IMG/VR virus record: IMGVR_UViG_3300036820_000009
Span: 1 to 64,000 of that record
Length of the DNA: 64,000 bases
Source of the DNA: a virus
Direction: 5' to 3' (one strand)
How positions within the stretch are numbered: the stretch's first letter is position 1; each line of letters opens with the position of its first letter. Positions 1-9,600 of the stretch are shown here, in pieces. The position numbers were made by a program, and so were the translations under genes. The notes under the pieces are model-generated. The model saw only the letters and a program-made list of their open reading frames with translations. It had not been told where the DNA came from and did not search any database.

Positions 1-2
1 TC

Positions 3-404
3 CCATGCCCGCGCACGTGGGAATTCGCGTCGCGGATTCTCGACAGCAAGGCGCCCGCCGATATCGAATTGCCGCTGTATACGGGCACGATTGGCGAGGG
101 CGCGGCGGCCGAGCTAATGGCATTCCTCAAGGTGTTCCGCACGTTGCCGTCGCCGGACGCGATCATCCTCGATCCGGTCAATGCGGCCGTGCCGACCGAT
201 CCCGCCACGCTTTACGCGATCGCGGGCGCGCTGGCGCGCCGCGCCAGCGACGCCAACTTTCAATCGATCGTGACCTATGCCAATCGCCTGCCCGACGAAT
301 TATCCGTGTTCCTGGTATCGAGCGCGGTGCGCCGCGATGCCGCCATCACCGGCACGCGCGCGTTCATCCAATGGGGTTCCGACCATAAGGACGTGCTGGT
401 CTAG
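3..404 (+). CDS. AAA+ ATPase (MoxR-like), C-terminal part, 5' truncated by window
   Basis: Frame open from base 3: PCPRTWEF (sensor-type PxPRxW) then helical lid GTIGEGAAAELMAFL; followed by a VWA partner gene. Confidence 0.75.
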   Translation, partial: PCPRTWEFASRILDSKAPADIELPLYTGTIGEGAAAELMAFLKVFRTLPSPDAIILDPVNAAVPTDPATLYAIAGALARRASDANFQSIVTYANRLPDELSVFLVSSAVRRDAAITGTRAFIQWGSDHKDVLV

Positions 405-480
405 ATTGCAGCTCATTGGCGGCGCTCCCGTGGCGCCGCCATCATGGTGCAATCTCGCATCGTTAGCCGGAGTCTAGATC

Positions 481-1356
481 ATGATGCAATTGACCGATAA
501 GGCGATGCTGGTGCGCGTCGCGGTGACGCAGTGGACGGCACGCAAGCACGACAAAAACATCTCGGCGGAAATCGCTGAGTCGCATGGCGCCACGATTGAC
601 GCGGGCCGTTACAATAAGGCGCTGATCGCCAAGGAAGCGCTGGCCACGATCCTATCGGCGGCCAACGCCGCGCGCGGGTTTCACTACGTCAATTCCCTGC
701 CCTGGCAGGATGACGGCTACCGCATTCTGCCGGCCGCCAACTACCTGACATACACGCGCGAAATGAGCGGGTTGCGCGACCGCTTCGATGCCGCCGTGCG
801 CGCGTTCCTCGCCAACTATGAGTCCTATGTGGATGACGCGCGGCGCCGGCTCAACGGCATGTTCAAGGATACCGATTATCCGGTCGCGGCGGAAATCGCG
901 CGCAAATTCACGTTCGATGTCGGAATCATGCCGATGCCGGACGCGGCGGATTTTCGCGTCAACGTGGCCGCCGACGAATTGTCGCGCATCAAGGCGGATA
1001 TCGAGACGCGCACCAACGCGGCCGTTGCCGGCGCCGTGCGCGATCTATGGCAACGCATCCATGATTGCGTGGCGCATATCAGCGAGCGGCTAGGCGCCTA
1101 CAAGATCGGCGCCGACGACAAGGTGTCGAATCCGTTCCGGGACTCGCTCGTCGGCAACATGCGGGACTTGGTGGAACTGTTGCCGCGCCTCAACGTCACC
1201 GGCGACGCGGACCTCGCCGGCATGACCGACAGGCTACAGGCGACGCTGTGCCGCTATGACGCGGACACCTTGCGCAATTCGCCGGTGGCCCAAGAGGAAA
1301 CCAAGGCGGCCGCCGATAAAATCCTGGCGGACATGGAAGCGTTCATGGGGCGATAG
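481..1356 (+). CDS. DUF3150-like phage protein
   Basis: 291 aa, GGAG RBS; LPWQDDGYRILP and FRDSLVGN motifs typical of the protein lying between phage AAA and VWA genes. Confidence 0.6.
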   Translation: MMQLTDKAMLVRVAVTQWTARKHDKNISAEIAESHGATIDAGRYNKALIAKEALATILSAANAARGFHYVNSLPWQDDGYRILPAANYLTYTREMSGLRDRFDAAVRAFLANYESYVDDARRRLNGMFKDTDYPVAAEIARKFTFDVGIMPMPDAADFRVNVAADELSRIKADIETRTNAAVAGAVRDLWQRIHDCVAHISERLGAYKIGADDKVSNPFRDSLVGNMRDLVELLPRLNVTGDADLAGMTDRLQATLCRYDADTLRNSPVAQEETKAAADKILADMEAFMGR

Positions 1357-1406
1357 CTAATCCGGCCGGGCGCACCATGCGCCCGGCTCAATTAGCTTAA
1401 CCTCTT

Positions 1407-1427
1407 GGCAACAGTTTCGCCTATAAT
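1407..1427 (+). promoter_or_regulatory. degenerate operator plus -10 box
   Basis: GGCAACAGTTTCG then TATAAT (1422-1427); -35 weak. Confidence 0.5.
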
Positions 1428-1453
1428 CTCAATCGCGCAACGGAGTCCGGACG

Positions 1454-2587
1454 ATGAAAACACCCTTGGAGAAATTCACCACGGCGCGCGCGCAATTGGT
1501 CGCCGCGCAACCGTTTTGGGGATCGCTGGCGTTGCATCTCAAAATCGAGGAATGCGCCGCGATCAAAACCGCCGATGTCGATGGCACCACGATCCGGTTC
1601 AATCCGGATTTCATCACCGGGTTGACGCAAGCGGAAACCATTGGCGTTTTCGCGCATGAGGTCGGCCATTGCGCGCTGGGCCATATCTGGCGCATGGCCG
1701 GCCGCGATCACGAGCGCTGGAATCAAGCCTGCGATCACGCAATCAATCCGATTCTGACGGCGGCCGGTTTCACGCTCCCGAACGACGCGCTGAACGATCC
1801 TAAATTCGCCGGCATGGCCGCCGACGAAATCTATGGCTTGCTGCCGGTCCCGCCACCGCAAGCCAAGAATGGCGCCGGCAAGCCGGGCGCCGGCAAGCCG
1901 GGCATGGGCGACATGCGGCAACCGACCGACGGCCAGGGCGCGCCCGCGTCGCCGGCCGAGGTCGCGCAACGCGCGGCCGATTGGCAGGTGGCCACCATCC
2001 AAGCCGTCAATGCCGGCCAGGCCGCCGGCCTGTTGCCGGCGGGCATGGTCGCGGCAATCGAGGCCACCAAGGAACCGCAAGCGGACTGGCAGGCCTTGCT
2101 GCGCCGATTCATCGCCAGTGCGTTGCCCAGCGACTATTCGTGGTTCCCGCCCAATCGCCGGCATATCGCGGCCGGGCTCTATCTGCCGGCGCTGAAGCCG
2201 GACCGGCTCGGCCTGGTCGCGGTGGTGCGCGACACGTCCGGCTCGACGGTCGCGTTGCAGGCCGAATTCCTGGCAGAGCTGACGGCAATCTTGGATGACG
2301 CGCAACCCGACCGCGTGTTGGTGATCGATTGCGACGCGAAGGTTCAAGCGGTCGCGGACTATCGGCCCGGCGATACCATCGAGCCGCGCATGACCGGTGG
2401 TGGGGGGACGGATTTCCGGCCGCCGTTCCAGTATCTCGCCACCGAGGGCGAGGCGCCCGCCGTGATGATCTACTTGACCGACCTTGAGGGCGCATTCCCC
2501 GATGTCGCGCCCGACTACCCCGTGCTATGGGCCGTCATCGGCCGCGCCAAGGATGCGCCGTTCGGCGAGACGCTGCGGATCGATTAG
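1454..2587 (+). CDS. DUF2201-like metallopeptidase/VWA-domain protein
   Basis: HEVGH (HExxH), DTSGS MIDAS, GGGTDFRPPF, YLTDLEG. Confidence 0.85.
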   Translation: MKTPLEKFTTARAQLVAAQPFWGSLALHLKIEECAAIKTADVDGTTIRFNPDFITGLTQAETIGVFAHEVGHCALGHIWRMAGRDHERWNQACDHAINPILTAAGFTLPNDALNDPKFAGMAADEIYGLLPVPPPQAKNGAGKPGAGKPGMGDMRQPTDGQGAPASPAEVAQRAADWQVATIQAVNAGQAAGLLPAGMVAAIEATKEPQADWQALLRRFIASALPSDYSWFPPNRRHIAAGLYLPALKPDRLGLVAVVRDTSGSTVALQAEFLAELTAILDDAQPDRVLVIDCDAKVQAVADYRPGDTIEPRMTGGGGTDFRPPFQYLATEGEAPAVMIYLTDLEGAFPDVAPDYPVLWAVIGRAKDAPFGETLRID

Positions 2588-3090
2588 AGCACGTGCGCCT
2601 TGCGTTTATAGGTTGCAATCTGATGAACATGCGTGATCGAAATCCCATAGCGTTCGGCAATCTGCCGCAATGGCATGCGATGCGCGCGCCAGCGTCGAAT
2701 CTCGCTGACTTGAGCATCGGTCAGTTTGTTGTGCCGGGGCTTGCGCGTGTGGCGCGGATCGAGAACCGCCCGCATGCGGCCTTTTTGAACGGCATCCAAA
2801 TAATTATCCCGTGCCGTGCCGAGAAACAAATGTTTCGGATTGATGCAGCGTCGATTGTCGCAGATATGCAGCACGTTCAAGCCGTGCGGAATTTCACCGC
2901 GCCAAGCACGCCAGGCCGCGCGATGCGCCAACCATCTTTGGCCCGCGATGCTGATCTGCCCATAGCCGCCGGTTTGCCGCGATCCCCGCCACAGCCAGCA
3001 CAGGGTTTCCGACGCGCGAATAATATTGCTGCGCAGGCGCCGGCGCAGCTTATGAGAAAAATCGGAACTTCTCGCCACCGAACATCGCAT
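2584..3090 (-). CDS. HNH homing endonuclease with C-terminal HTH
   Basis: CWLW..AHRAAW..VLHICDNRRCINPKHL..DN, KLTDAQVSEIR. Confidence 0.85.
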   Translation of the reverse strand: MRCSVARSSDFSHKLRRRLRSNIIRASETLCWLWRGSRQTGGYGQISIAGQRWLAHRAAWRAWRGEIPHGLNVLHICDNRRCINPKHLFLGTARDNYLDAVQKGRMRAVLDPRHTRKPRHNKLTDAQVSEIRRWRAHRMPLRQIAERYGISITHVHQIATYKRKAHVL

Positions 3091-3274
3091 AAGGCTACTT
3101 ATGATACATGCCGAATGGCCGAATCAAGCCGTTCTTATCGGTCGATTTCGATTATTCGGAAATTGCACCGCAGCAAATACAACATCTTGTGTCGCGGAAA
3201 TTTTAACCAAGCCGAAATTTTAGCAGGTGCAAGATATAGCCGCGTTTTTCGATCAACCCTCACGGAGTCTAGCC

Positions 3275-3559
3275 ATGATCCCGGTTTACATTCCCACCCC
3301 CGAGCAGGTGCGGCACAACAAGCGCCGCGTCAACCGCATTGGCATCGTGCTGTTGACGATCCTGGTCTTGTTCATGTGGTACCTGTGGGGCGATACGCCC
3401 GAGGGCGACGTCTTTTTCGGCCTGTGGGCCATCGCGTTCGCCACCGTGCTGCTCATTGCCCGCCGGCGCCGGCGCAACGCCACGGCGCGCGCGCGGCGCA
3501 ACGCGACGCGCATGCCGCTGGCAGGCACCCATACCGTGCACTGGTTTAGCTGGCGCTAA
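3275..3559 (+). CDS. small two-TM membrane protein
   Basis: GGAG RBS, two hydrophobic segments. Confidence 0.6.
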   Translation: MIPVYIPTPEQVRHNKRRVNRIGIVLLTILVLFMWYLWGDTPEGDVFFGLWAIAFATVLLIARRRRRNATARARRNATRMPLAGTHTVHWFSWR

Positions 3560-3905
3560 CCGCGACCATGCGTTCCAAGGCGCGCACCGCGCGGCGCCGC
3601 GCGCGCCGCTGAAGCCGCAGTTCCATCAACACCGCGTCGGGCACCGGGCCGCGCGCGCGTGCTATCTCCGTGACCGCTTGCACCGCTTGCCCCCAAGCGA
3701 CCCGCAACCTGCCCCTGCTCATGATGCGATAGCCCCGCGCCATCCACCAGTCGCTTGGCGCAAGCTTGCACAGCACCGCAACCTCGCCAGCCCCGTGCAG
3801 CATTTCGAATAGATCGTGAGGCGGCCCCTTGGCGCGAAGGATCACGCCCGCGTGTGCGGTGCCGCAAATATCGAACCGATCATTGTCGGTTAATGTTGCA
3901 ACCAT
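3546..3905 (-). CDS. hypothetical protein
   Basis: ORF from ATG at 3905 (MVATLTDNDRF). Confidence 0.45.
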   Translation of the reverse strand: MVATLTDNDRFDICGTAHAGVILRAKGPPHDLFEMLHGAGEVAVLCKLAPSDWWMARGYRIMSRGRLRVAWGQAVQAVTEIARARGPVPDAVLMELRLQRRARRRAVRALERMVAVSAS

Positions 3906-4019
3906 TAGTACCCATTCGCATTCTACGCGCGCATAAGCAAGCTGGCCCGCTCCGTCAACCCGAGACGGACGCGGTCGGCCCCCCTCTCTCCCCTCCCTCA
4001 ATTTCCCCTGCAATTTCAA

Positions 4020-4590
4020 TCACTTATCGTTCATCTGCCCATTATTTAAGCTTGCCTTGTTTTTTTCACATACCACCCCTTCCGTTTTCTATCACATCAT
4101 CTGTTGTATGTTACTGAGATACAATTGAATTCCTTTAGATCATTAATGAATTGTATCTAATATAGAAATCAATTTATATATAGGGAACAATAACTTACAA
4201 CATTGGAGTATATTACACCATAACAAACTCTCTATGGGGAGAGAGAGTGAAATACATATATAATCATGTAACATACAACCATATAGCACACGCCCTTACA
4301 CGTATGCGGGGGAACGTTTTTTGAATTTTTATTGACGTACAATTCCTCAATGATTTCAACTACATGAGCTGATTAATCACCAAGAGAACTCGTAGAAATT
4401 CTTAGGGAAGTCTTAGGGCTATCCTAATACTTCTTAGGGGGATAACTTTGCTCCCCGATGCCTGATTTTTCGAAACCGCCGTTTTGTAATGGTGTAAGTT
4501 ACCCCATCGGGATAAACTTGTGGCGGTAGGCAGGCACGCATTATACCGCGATCTTGACAAATCCCATAGGGGGGGGGGGGGGGGGGCTGA
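4020..4590. other. AT-rich non-coding island with TCTTAGGG repeats and G18 run (possible origin or packaging region)
   Basis: Sharp AT enrichment, no credible ORF; TCTTAGGG at 4400, 4411, 4432; G run 4569-4586. Confidence 0.45.
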
Positions 4591-4987
4591 CCAGTGAAGC
4601 ATGCCGTCGATTCCGGCGCGAAAACTGAAGTGTCCCACCTGGTGGCGACGCGCGGCCTGCGCGGCCAGCCGGTATGGGCCATCCATCACCGGCACTGCCC
4701 CGGCCAACGCCAGGCCTGGCTCGGTTCCGACCTGATCGCCTGCCATGCGCTCCAGCCCGACGAGGCGGGCCTAGGGATCGATATCCTGGTCGCCCGCTAC
4801 CATGGGGCCAGCGCGGCCCAAGATGCCCGCCTGGCGGCCCTGGTGGATGGCGGCTGATGCACCGGCGGGCATGGCCTACCCCGGCCTCACAGTCCGCAGC
4901 CGCGCGCCGCCAGCCCCACCAGCTCCACCACGCCGAACGCCGCGAACCCGTACACCACCACGCACCACGCCACCAGCCCGCCCCAAA

Positions 4988-5317
4988 TCATCGCACCCGC
5001 CATACCCGCACCCCTCGCACCAACTTCCCCACCGGCGCGCCGCCGATCTCGCCCGGTACCGCCTCCCGCGCTTCCTCGCACCGAAACGTCACTTCCGGCA
5101 AATTGCGCGTCCGCTTGTAATAATTCCACGACGCGATCAGCCGACCCTCCAATACCGTGATCGTCACCCCCTCCCGCGCATACTTCTCCCGCGCCGGCAA
5201 CGGCACGAAAAACGACTGCCCCGGCTTCAGCCCGCCCCACGGATACTGCACCCCGCGCTTGCGCCCAACCCGCGCCGCCGGCAACGGTACCCCATCGTCG
5301 ATCCGATATTCTCCCAT
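4988..5317 (-). CDS. small phage DNA-binding-like protein
   Basis: IDDGVPLP..YPWGGLKPGQSFFVP..GVRVWRV pattern of a common small phage protein. Confidence 0.6.
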   Translation of the reverse strand: MGEYRIDDGVPLPAARVGRKRGVQYPWGGLKPGQSFFVPLPAREKYAREGVTITVLEGRLIASWNYYKRTRNLPEVTFRCEEAREAVPGEIGGAPVGKLVRGVRVWRVR

Positions 5318-5415
5318 CCGTCGATCCCCTTCCGTCGCACCATCCGTCGCCGACATTATCCCGACACTTTTATGAAAATGCCACGCGATAGTTGCCGCGT
5401 CCGCGACGAATCGAC

Positions 5416-5445
5416 TTGACGTGGGGAAACTGTTTCCGGTAGAAC
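5416..5445 (+). promoter_or_regulatory. sigma70 promoter with palindromic operator
   Basis: TTGACG-18-TAGAAC, GGAAACTGTTTCC at 5425-5437. Confidence 0.75.
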
Positions 5446-5485
5446 AAGGCATCGCAACCGTTCAACCCGTCTAGGACAAAAGCTC

Positions 5486-5677
5486 ATGGCGACCGCCACA
5501 CTCAATATCAAGATTTGGACAGCGCGCCGCGCGTCCCTTCCGGCCGATACCTCCGAACTGGCGGAATGGCTCGCGCCGCATGTCGAGCATGTCGCGAAGG
5601 CTTGCGAGGAAGGTTACCTGGCCGGCGAAATCGTCGATGAACGGTTTTCCGGTTGGTGGGAAATCAAACGCAAGTGA
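5486..5677 (+). CDS. hypothetical early protein
   Basis: First ORF after promoter, AGGA RBS. Confidence 0.6.
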   Translation: MATATLNIKIWTARRASLPADTSELAEWLAPHVEHVAKACEEGYLAGEIVDERFSGWWEIKRK

Positions 5678-5700
5678 ATCGACGAAAGGAAACCGCGATC

Positions 5701-5877
5701 ATGTTCAAGCTGGAATTTTCGACCGATACCGCCGCGTTCGACGACGATTTATCTTGCCACGCGGAAACCCTCCGCATTTTCGCGCTCATTGCCGAATGCA
5801 TCCGCGCGGGGCAGGCACACGGAACAATCCGCGATGCCGACGGCACCGCCATCGGCAAATGGGAATTCACGCCATGA
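5701..5877 (+). CDS. hypothetical early protein
   Basis: AAGGA RBS; GTIRDADGTAIGKW motif. Confidence 0.65.
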   Translation: MFKLEFSTDTAAFDDDLSCHAETLRIFALIAECIRAGQAHGTIRDADGTAIGKWEFTP

Positions 5878-5987
5878 CGTTCGATCCCACCGCCTATCTC
5901 GGCTGGCGCCTGTTGTTCGCCGCCGCCGCGATTCAGGCCGTCGCCTGGTATTGGCTCGCCGACCATTTCATCGGATGGGCGCCATGA
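5874..5987 (+). CDS. small membrane peptide
   Basis: ATGA overlap on both sides, hydrophobic. Confidence 0.5.
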   Translation: MTFDPTAYLGWRLLFAAAAIQAVAWYWLADHFIGWAP

Positions 5988-6247
5988 GCGACACCCTAAC
6001 GCGGCCGCGCGCCGCTATCGACGTGACATTCGAAATCAGGCCGCCCCACGCCATTCTCACGCCGCGCACCGAGGCCGGCCGCGCCTGGCTCGCCGCGTTG
6101 CCCGCCGAAGCCGGCCTCGAATGGCGCGCCGATCGATTGTTCGTCGCGATCGGGACCGCGCACAATCTCGCCTCGCGTCTCAAACAGGCCGGCCTGTTCG
6201 TCGGTATCGCCGAGCCGCATAACGGTCGCGGCCGATCTTTCGATTGA
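5984..6247 (+). CDS. hypothetical protein
   Basis: ATGA-coupled ORF. Confidence 0.55.
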   Translation: MSDTLTRPRAAIDVTFEIRPPHAILTPRTEAGRAWLAALPAEAGLEWRADRLFVAIGTAHNLASRLKQAGLFVGIAEPHNGRGRSFD

Positions 6248-6261
6248 AAGGGAACCTCGCC

Positions 6262-6528
6262 ATGAAAGTATTCGTCGTTCAAGCCGTGTCGCGCATCGTG
6301 CCGGGCACGCCGCTGATCCCCTGCCGCACCCAAGCCCGCGCCAATCGCGAGGCCGCCGACCTGGTGCGCCTGCTCAACGAGGAAGAAGGCGCGGCCGGCA
6401 TCGCCCAGCCCATCACGCCAACCAATTGGCGCGCCAGCCTGCGCATGCTGCGCAGCAATTTGCGCCAGCTTGGCCTCGCCGGCGACGCGCCGGACGTGTG
6501 GTGCGACGCCATGGATCTGCGGCCATGA
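6262..6528 (+). CDS. hypothetical protein
   Basis: AAGGGA RBS, coupled to next gene. Confidence 0.55.
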   Translation: MKVFVVQAVSRIVPGTPLIPCRTQARANREAADLVRLLNEEEGAAGIAQPITPTNWRASLRMLRSNLRQLGLAGDAPDVWCDAMDLRP

Positions 6529-6728
6529 CCGCGCGCAAGCCATCCTACAAGGAACTGGTGGCCGCGCTCGGCGCGCTCCATGCCGAATATTGCGAGCTGG
6601 ACGCCATGCTCGATCAATTCATGGCCAATCCCAGCGAGCCAACAGCCGATGAATGCAAGGCCCACGCCGCGAACAATCGCATGGCAAGCCGCTATCTCGC
6701 GATCTATCGGCGCGCGGTGGCGTCGTGA
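6525..6728 (+). CDS. hypothetical protein
   Basis: ATGA-coupled ORF. Confidence 0.55.
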   Translation: MTARKPSYKELVAALGALHAEYCELDAMLDQFMANPSEPTADECKAHAANNRMASRYLAIYRRAVAS

Positions 6729-7060
6729 CCTGGCTCAACCTGTCGCCGGCGGACCTGGTGGCAATCAAACGCGCCAGCCGGCTCTTGACCAGGTTGCCGG
6801 CAACGCGCGGCGCCGTCGGCGCGCTCGCCCATATCGCCGGCCGCGCCGACGCGGCGCGCAAGATGGCCAATGACGATCTCGGCGTTGCCGTCGCCGCCGT
6901 GAAGCGCGCCGAAACGCTGATCTGGAACACGCGCGAAAAAGGCGCGAGCCTCGATTTGATCGTGCCGCCGCCCCTGCGGATCGAAGGCGGAAATATTTGG
7001 GTCGGCGTGTGGTTGCAAGTCGCGGAAGACACGGCCGATCCCATGGGAGCCAACAAATGA
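6725..7060 (+). CDS. hypothetical protein
   Basis: GTGA-coupled ORF. Confidence 0.5.
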   Translation: MTWLNLSPADLVAIKRASRLLTRLPATRGAVGALAHIAGRADAARKMANDDLGVAVAAVKRAETLIWNTREKGASLDLIVPPPLRIEGGNIWVGVWLQVAEDTADPMGANK

Positions 7061-7106
7061 TCGAGTATGATCGCGCGATGAATTTGTGAGGGACAAGCGA
7101 ATCCGC

Positions 7107-7136
7107 TTGACATAAGGAAACTGTTTCCGCTAGCAT
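7107..7136 (+). promoter_or_regulatory. sigma70 promoter with palindromic operator
   Basis: TTGACA-18-TAGCAT, GGAAACTGTTTCC at 7116-7128. Confidence 0.8.
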
Positions 7137-7185
7137 GAATCTATCATTATCGATCAACCTCCAACCGTCTATCGAGAGAATCAAC

Positions 7186-7482
7186 ATGGCGCACAAATTC
7201 ACCTATACGCCGGCGGCCTACAAGGTATGTCTCGGCGACATCGCGCTCGGCACCATCACGTTGCGCGTTCTATCGGTCGGGCCGGATAGCCAGCCAACGG
7301 CTTATGGCGTTCACGTTCATCACGGCGGCACCTATCACGTGCGCGTGCTGTGCTGGTATCCGACCATGGACAAAGCCGCAAGGGCGTTGCTGCGGGAGTA
7401 TCGCTACCAGCAACGCGGCATGGCGAAGCGCGACACGATGCGCGCGGCCGGCCAACCCGTCATGCCGGAGACCAGGTCATGA
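7186..7482 (+). CDS. hypothetical protein
   Basis: First ORF after promoter. Confidence 0.55.
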   Translation: MAHKFTYTPAAYKVCLGDIALGTITLRVLSVGPDSQPTAYGVHVHHGGTYHVRVLCWYPTMDKAARALLREYRYQQRGMAKRDTMRAAGQPVMPETRS

Positions 7483-7751
7483 TTATCGCGCTGCCCAAGG
7501 ATTTCATCCAGCGCTTGCGTGCCACGCAATGGCACTATGAAGGCAATGCAATCCGCGACCGGGATGGCCGCTGCCCGCTGGAATTTTATTACGACGTGGA
7601 ACGCGGGGAGGTCGAGCATATCGATTCGTCCCTGACGGAGGATGAGCGTGGCGTAATCATGCGTGCCGCCGATGGCGGGTGCGAGCTATCGAGCGACGAA
7701 AAACTCTTGCGCCGGCGCCTGCAACGCGCCTTGCGCCCAACCCGGAGGTAA
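7479..7751 (+). CDS. hypothetical protein
   Basis: ATGA-coupled ORF. Confidence 0.55.
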   Translation: MIIALPKDFIQRLRATQWHYEGNAIRDRDGRCPLEFYYDVERGEVEHIDSSLTEDERGVIMRAADGGCELSSDEKLLRRRLQRALRPTRR

Positions 7752-7756
7752 TTGCC

Positions 7757-8086
7757 ATGCCCACCTATGCCGTTCACGTCCGCCCGATTGTCCGCGTCCG
7801 GATCGAAGTCGAGGCAAAATCTCCCGAGGCCGCGCTGAAGCTTGCCGCCGATCGCGTCGCGGAATGGGCGCCGGTTTATTTCCGGGTCGGCGCGCCCATG
7901 CGCGGGCTGGCGGGCAGTACCGAAATGGAATTCGGCGACGATTTCGACAATGCCGGCGTCGATGAATTGGCGCCCGACCACCAACCCGGCGACCTCGATT
8001 ATCTGCGCTCCTGGCAGGAACGCGGCCGCACCACGGAAGGCCTGGAACTGGTCGAGGATTTAACCGAGGGAGCATGCGCGTCATGA
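7757..8086 (+). CDS. hypothetical protein
   Basis: GGAGGT RBS. Confidence 0.6.
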   Translation: MPTYAVHVRPIVRVRIEVEAKSPEAALKLAADRVAEWAPVYFRVGAPMRGLAGSTEMEFGDDFDNAGVDELAPDHQPGDLDYLRSWQERGRTTEGLELVEDLTEGACAS

Positions 8087-8361
8087 CCCATGCAATCCGC
8101 AAACGCATCGCCGGCGATTGGCTGGTGGACGGCTATATCGACAATCTCGGCCGCCAACGCTGCCTCGAACTCGTCATCGTCGGCACCAAGGCTTATGACG
8201 CCGACATGTACGATTTCGGGTTCCCGCTCGCGGAGTGCGAGCTGGTCGGGCACGCGCATGACGACACCATAACGGCTTGGGGCGCGAGCACCCGGTTTTC
8301 GCCCGACGAAGGGGAAATCGAGCGCGTCGCGCGGGAATGCTTTGGCTACGCATCCCTGTGA
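8074..8361 (+). CDS. hypothetical protein
   Basis: Coupled ORF, GGAG RBS. Confidence 0.55.
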   Translation: MRVMTHAIRKRIAGDWLVDGYIDNLGRQRCLELVIVGTKAYDADMYDFGFPLAECELVGHAHDDTITAWGASTRFSPDEGEIERVARECFGYASL

Positions 8362-8378
8362 GGAAGGAGTGACGAACG

Positions 8379-8606
8379 ATGATCTACGAAATTATCCGCT
8401 ACGCTGCCGATGGACACGCCGGGGAACCCGGTGACGGCGTGTCAATTCATTCCACCGACACAATCAATAAGGCGCGAGACTACCTGCGCCGACGGGTTGG
8501 CGACAACGGCCAGTGGATCGATGATAAAGGCCGCGAATGCTGGCACGAGAGTTTCGCCGAGGGGTGCGGCGGATATATTATATTATCCACTGGCGCCGAG
8601 GCTTGA
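8379..8606 (+). CDS. hypothetical protein
   Basis: AAGGAG RBS. Confidence 0.6.
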   Translation: MIYEIIRYAADGHAGEPGDGVSIHSTDTINKARDYLRRRVGDNGQWIDDKGRECWHESFAEGCGGYIILSTGAEA

Positions 8607-8608
8607 AA

Positions 8609-8860
8609 ATGCCAGACGTTCGCACCAAACCATTATCGGCATCGCCGAGCGCTTATGAGTTGATGGCCCATGTTGAGGCTATCGCCAAGCTACGTGGCGT
8701 TAATGGTGAAATCGAGGTCACGACTTTCTGCGCCGGATTTCTGTCTGGAATGCTGGCGTCGGTTTTGCCGTTTCTCCCACCGGAGGTTGTCGATCAGCTA
8801 TTGGATCGCCGCCGATCGCGCATTCGGGCTGCACCAGGGAAGAAATGGCCGAGCACCTGA
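8609..8860 (+). CDS. hypothetical protein
   Basis: GAGG RBS, adjacent to upstream stop. Confidence 0.5.
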   Translation: MPDVRTKPLSASPSAYELMAHVEAIAKLRGVNGEIEVTTFCAGFLSGMLASVLPFLPPEVVDQLLDRRRSRIRAAPGKKWPST

Positions 8861-8935
8861 AGGCCGTGCCCGGCCGGCCCTCGGGCACAACCTATTTTCC
8901 GGTCGAATTATTTTAATCGCGCCGGTCGATTTTCA

Positions 8936-8965
8936 TTGACAGGCCAGGAAACAGTTTCCTATGAT
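8936..8965 (+). promoter_or_regulatory. sigma70 promoter with palindromic operator
   Basis: TTGACA-18-TATGAT, GGAAACAGTTTCC at 8947-8959. Confidence 0.8.
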
Positions 8966-9007
8966 GCGCCTATCGTTCAACCCCAACCGTCTAGCCGTGA
9001 GGTTCCC

Positions 9008-9598
9008 ATGTCGAAGCAATCGGTCTATCCGTTCCCCGTTTATGTCGCGACCTTCGCCGATAATACGGTCGGCCGCATATCGTTCGCCACGCCGCAAGGC
9101 AAGCCTTACGATTTCGCGCGTGGCCGCCGCGTCGCCGCGTTGCTCTATGGCCGGCCGGACGGTGCGCCGTGGTGCAAGGTGCTGCCCTATGACGTCACCG
9201 CCACCGAGCGCGTCGGCTGGACCTGCAATGGGTGCCATAAGGAATTCGATTCCTTTTTCGTGCGCCGGAACATCGGCGGCCATCGCACCGGCTCGGAATG
9301 CCCGCACTGCGGGACCGACGAATCCGAATGCACGGAACGCATGGGCGAGGTCACGCGCCAGCAATACAACATCGTGCCGCTGGTCTATGCGCCGCGCGAC
9401 GTGATCGATGGTTATGTCGAGCACGACATGCCGGGCCAGCCTTTCGTGCGCGTGCGCGATCCGCATTTCGCGGCGCCCGGCGCCACCGTGGCCAAGGCAC
9501 CGCGGATCGTGTGGAAGGCAATTGCGGAACAGGCACGGCAGGCGCTCGAAAGCGGCAATGCCGCCGGCGCGCTGCAAATTCTGCAAGCGGCGGCCTGA
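9008..9598 (+). CDS. zinc-ribbon-containing hypothetical protein
   Basis: CNGC...CPHC pair, GAGG RBS. Confidence 0.6.
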   Translation: MSKQSVYPFPVYVATFADNTVGRISFATPQGKPYDFARGRRVAALLYGRPDGAPWCKVLPYDVTATERVGWTCNGCHKEFDSFFVRRNIGGHRTGSECPHCGTDESECTERMGEVTRQQYNIVPLVYAPRDVIDGYVEHDMPGQPFVRVRDPHFAAPGATVAKAPRIVWKAIAEQARQALESGNAAGALQILQAAA

Positions 9599-9600
9599 TC

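Noticed and set aside
4400-4440. Telomeric TTAGGG repeats
   Set aside because: Only three spaced copies, not a tandem array
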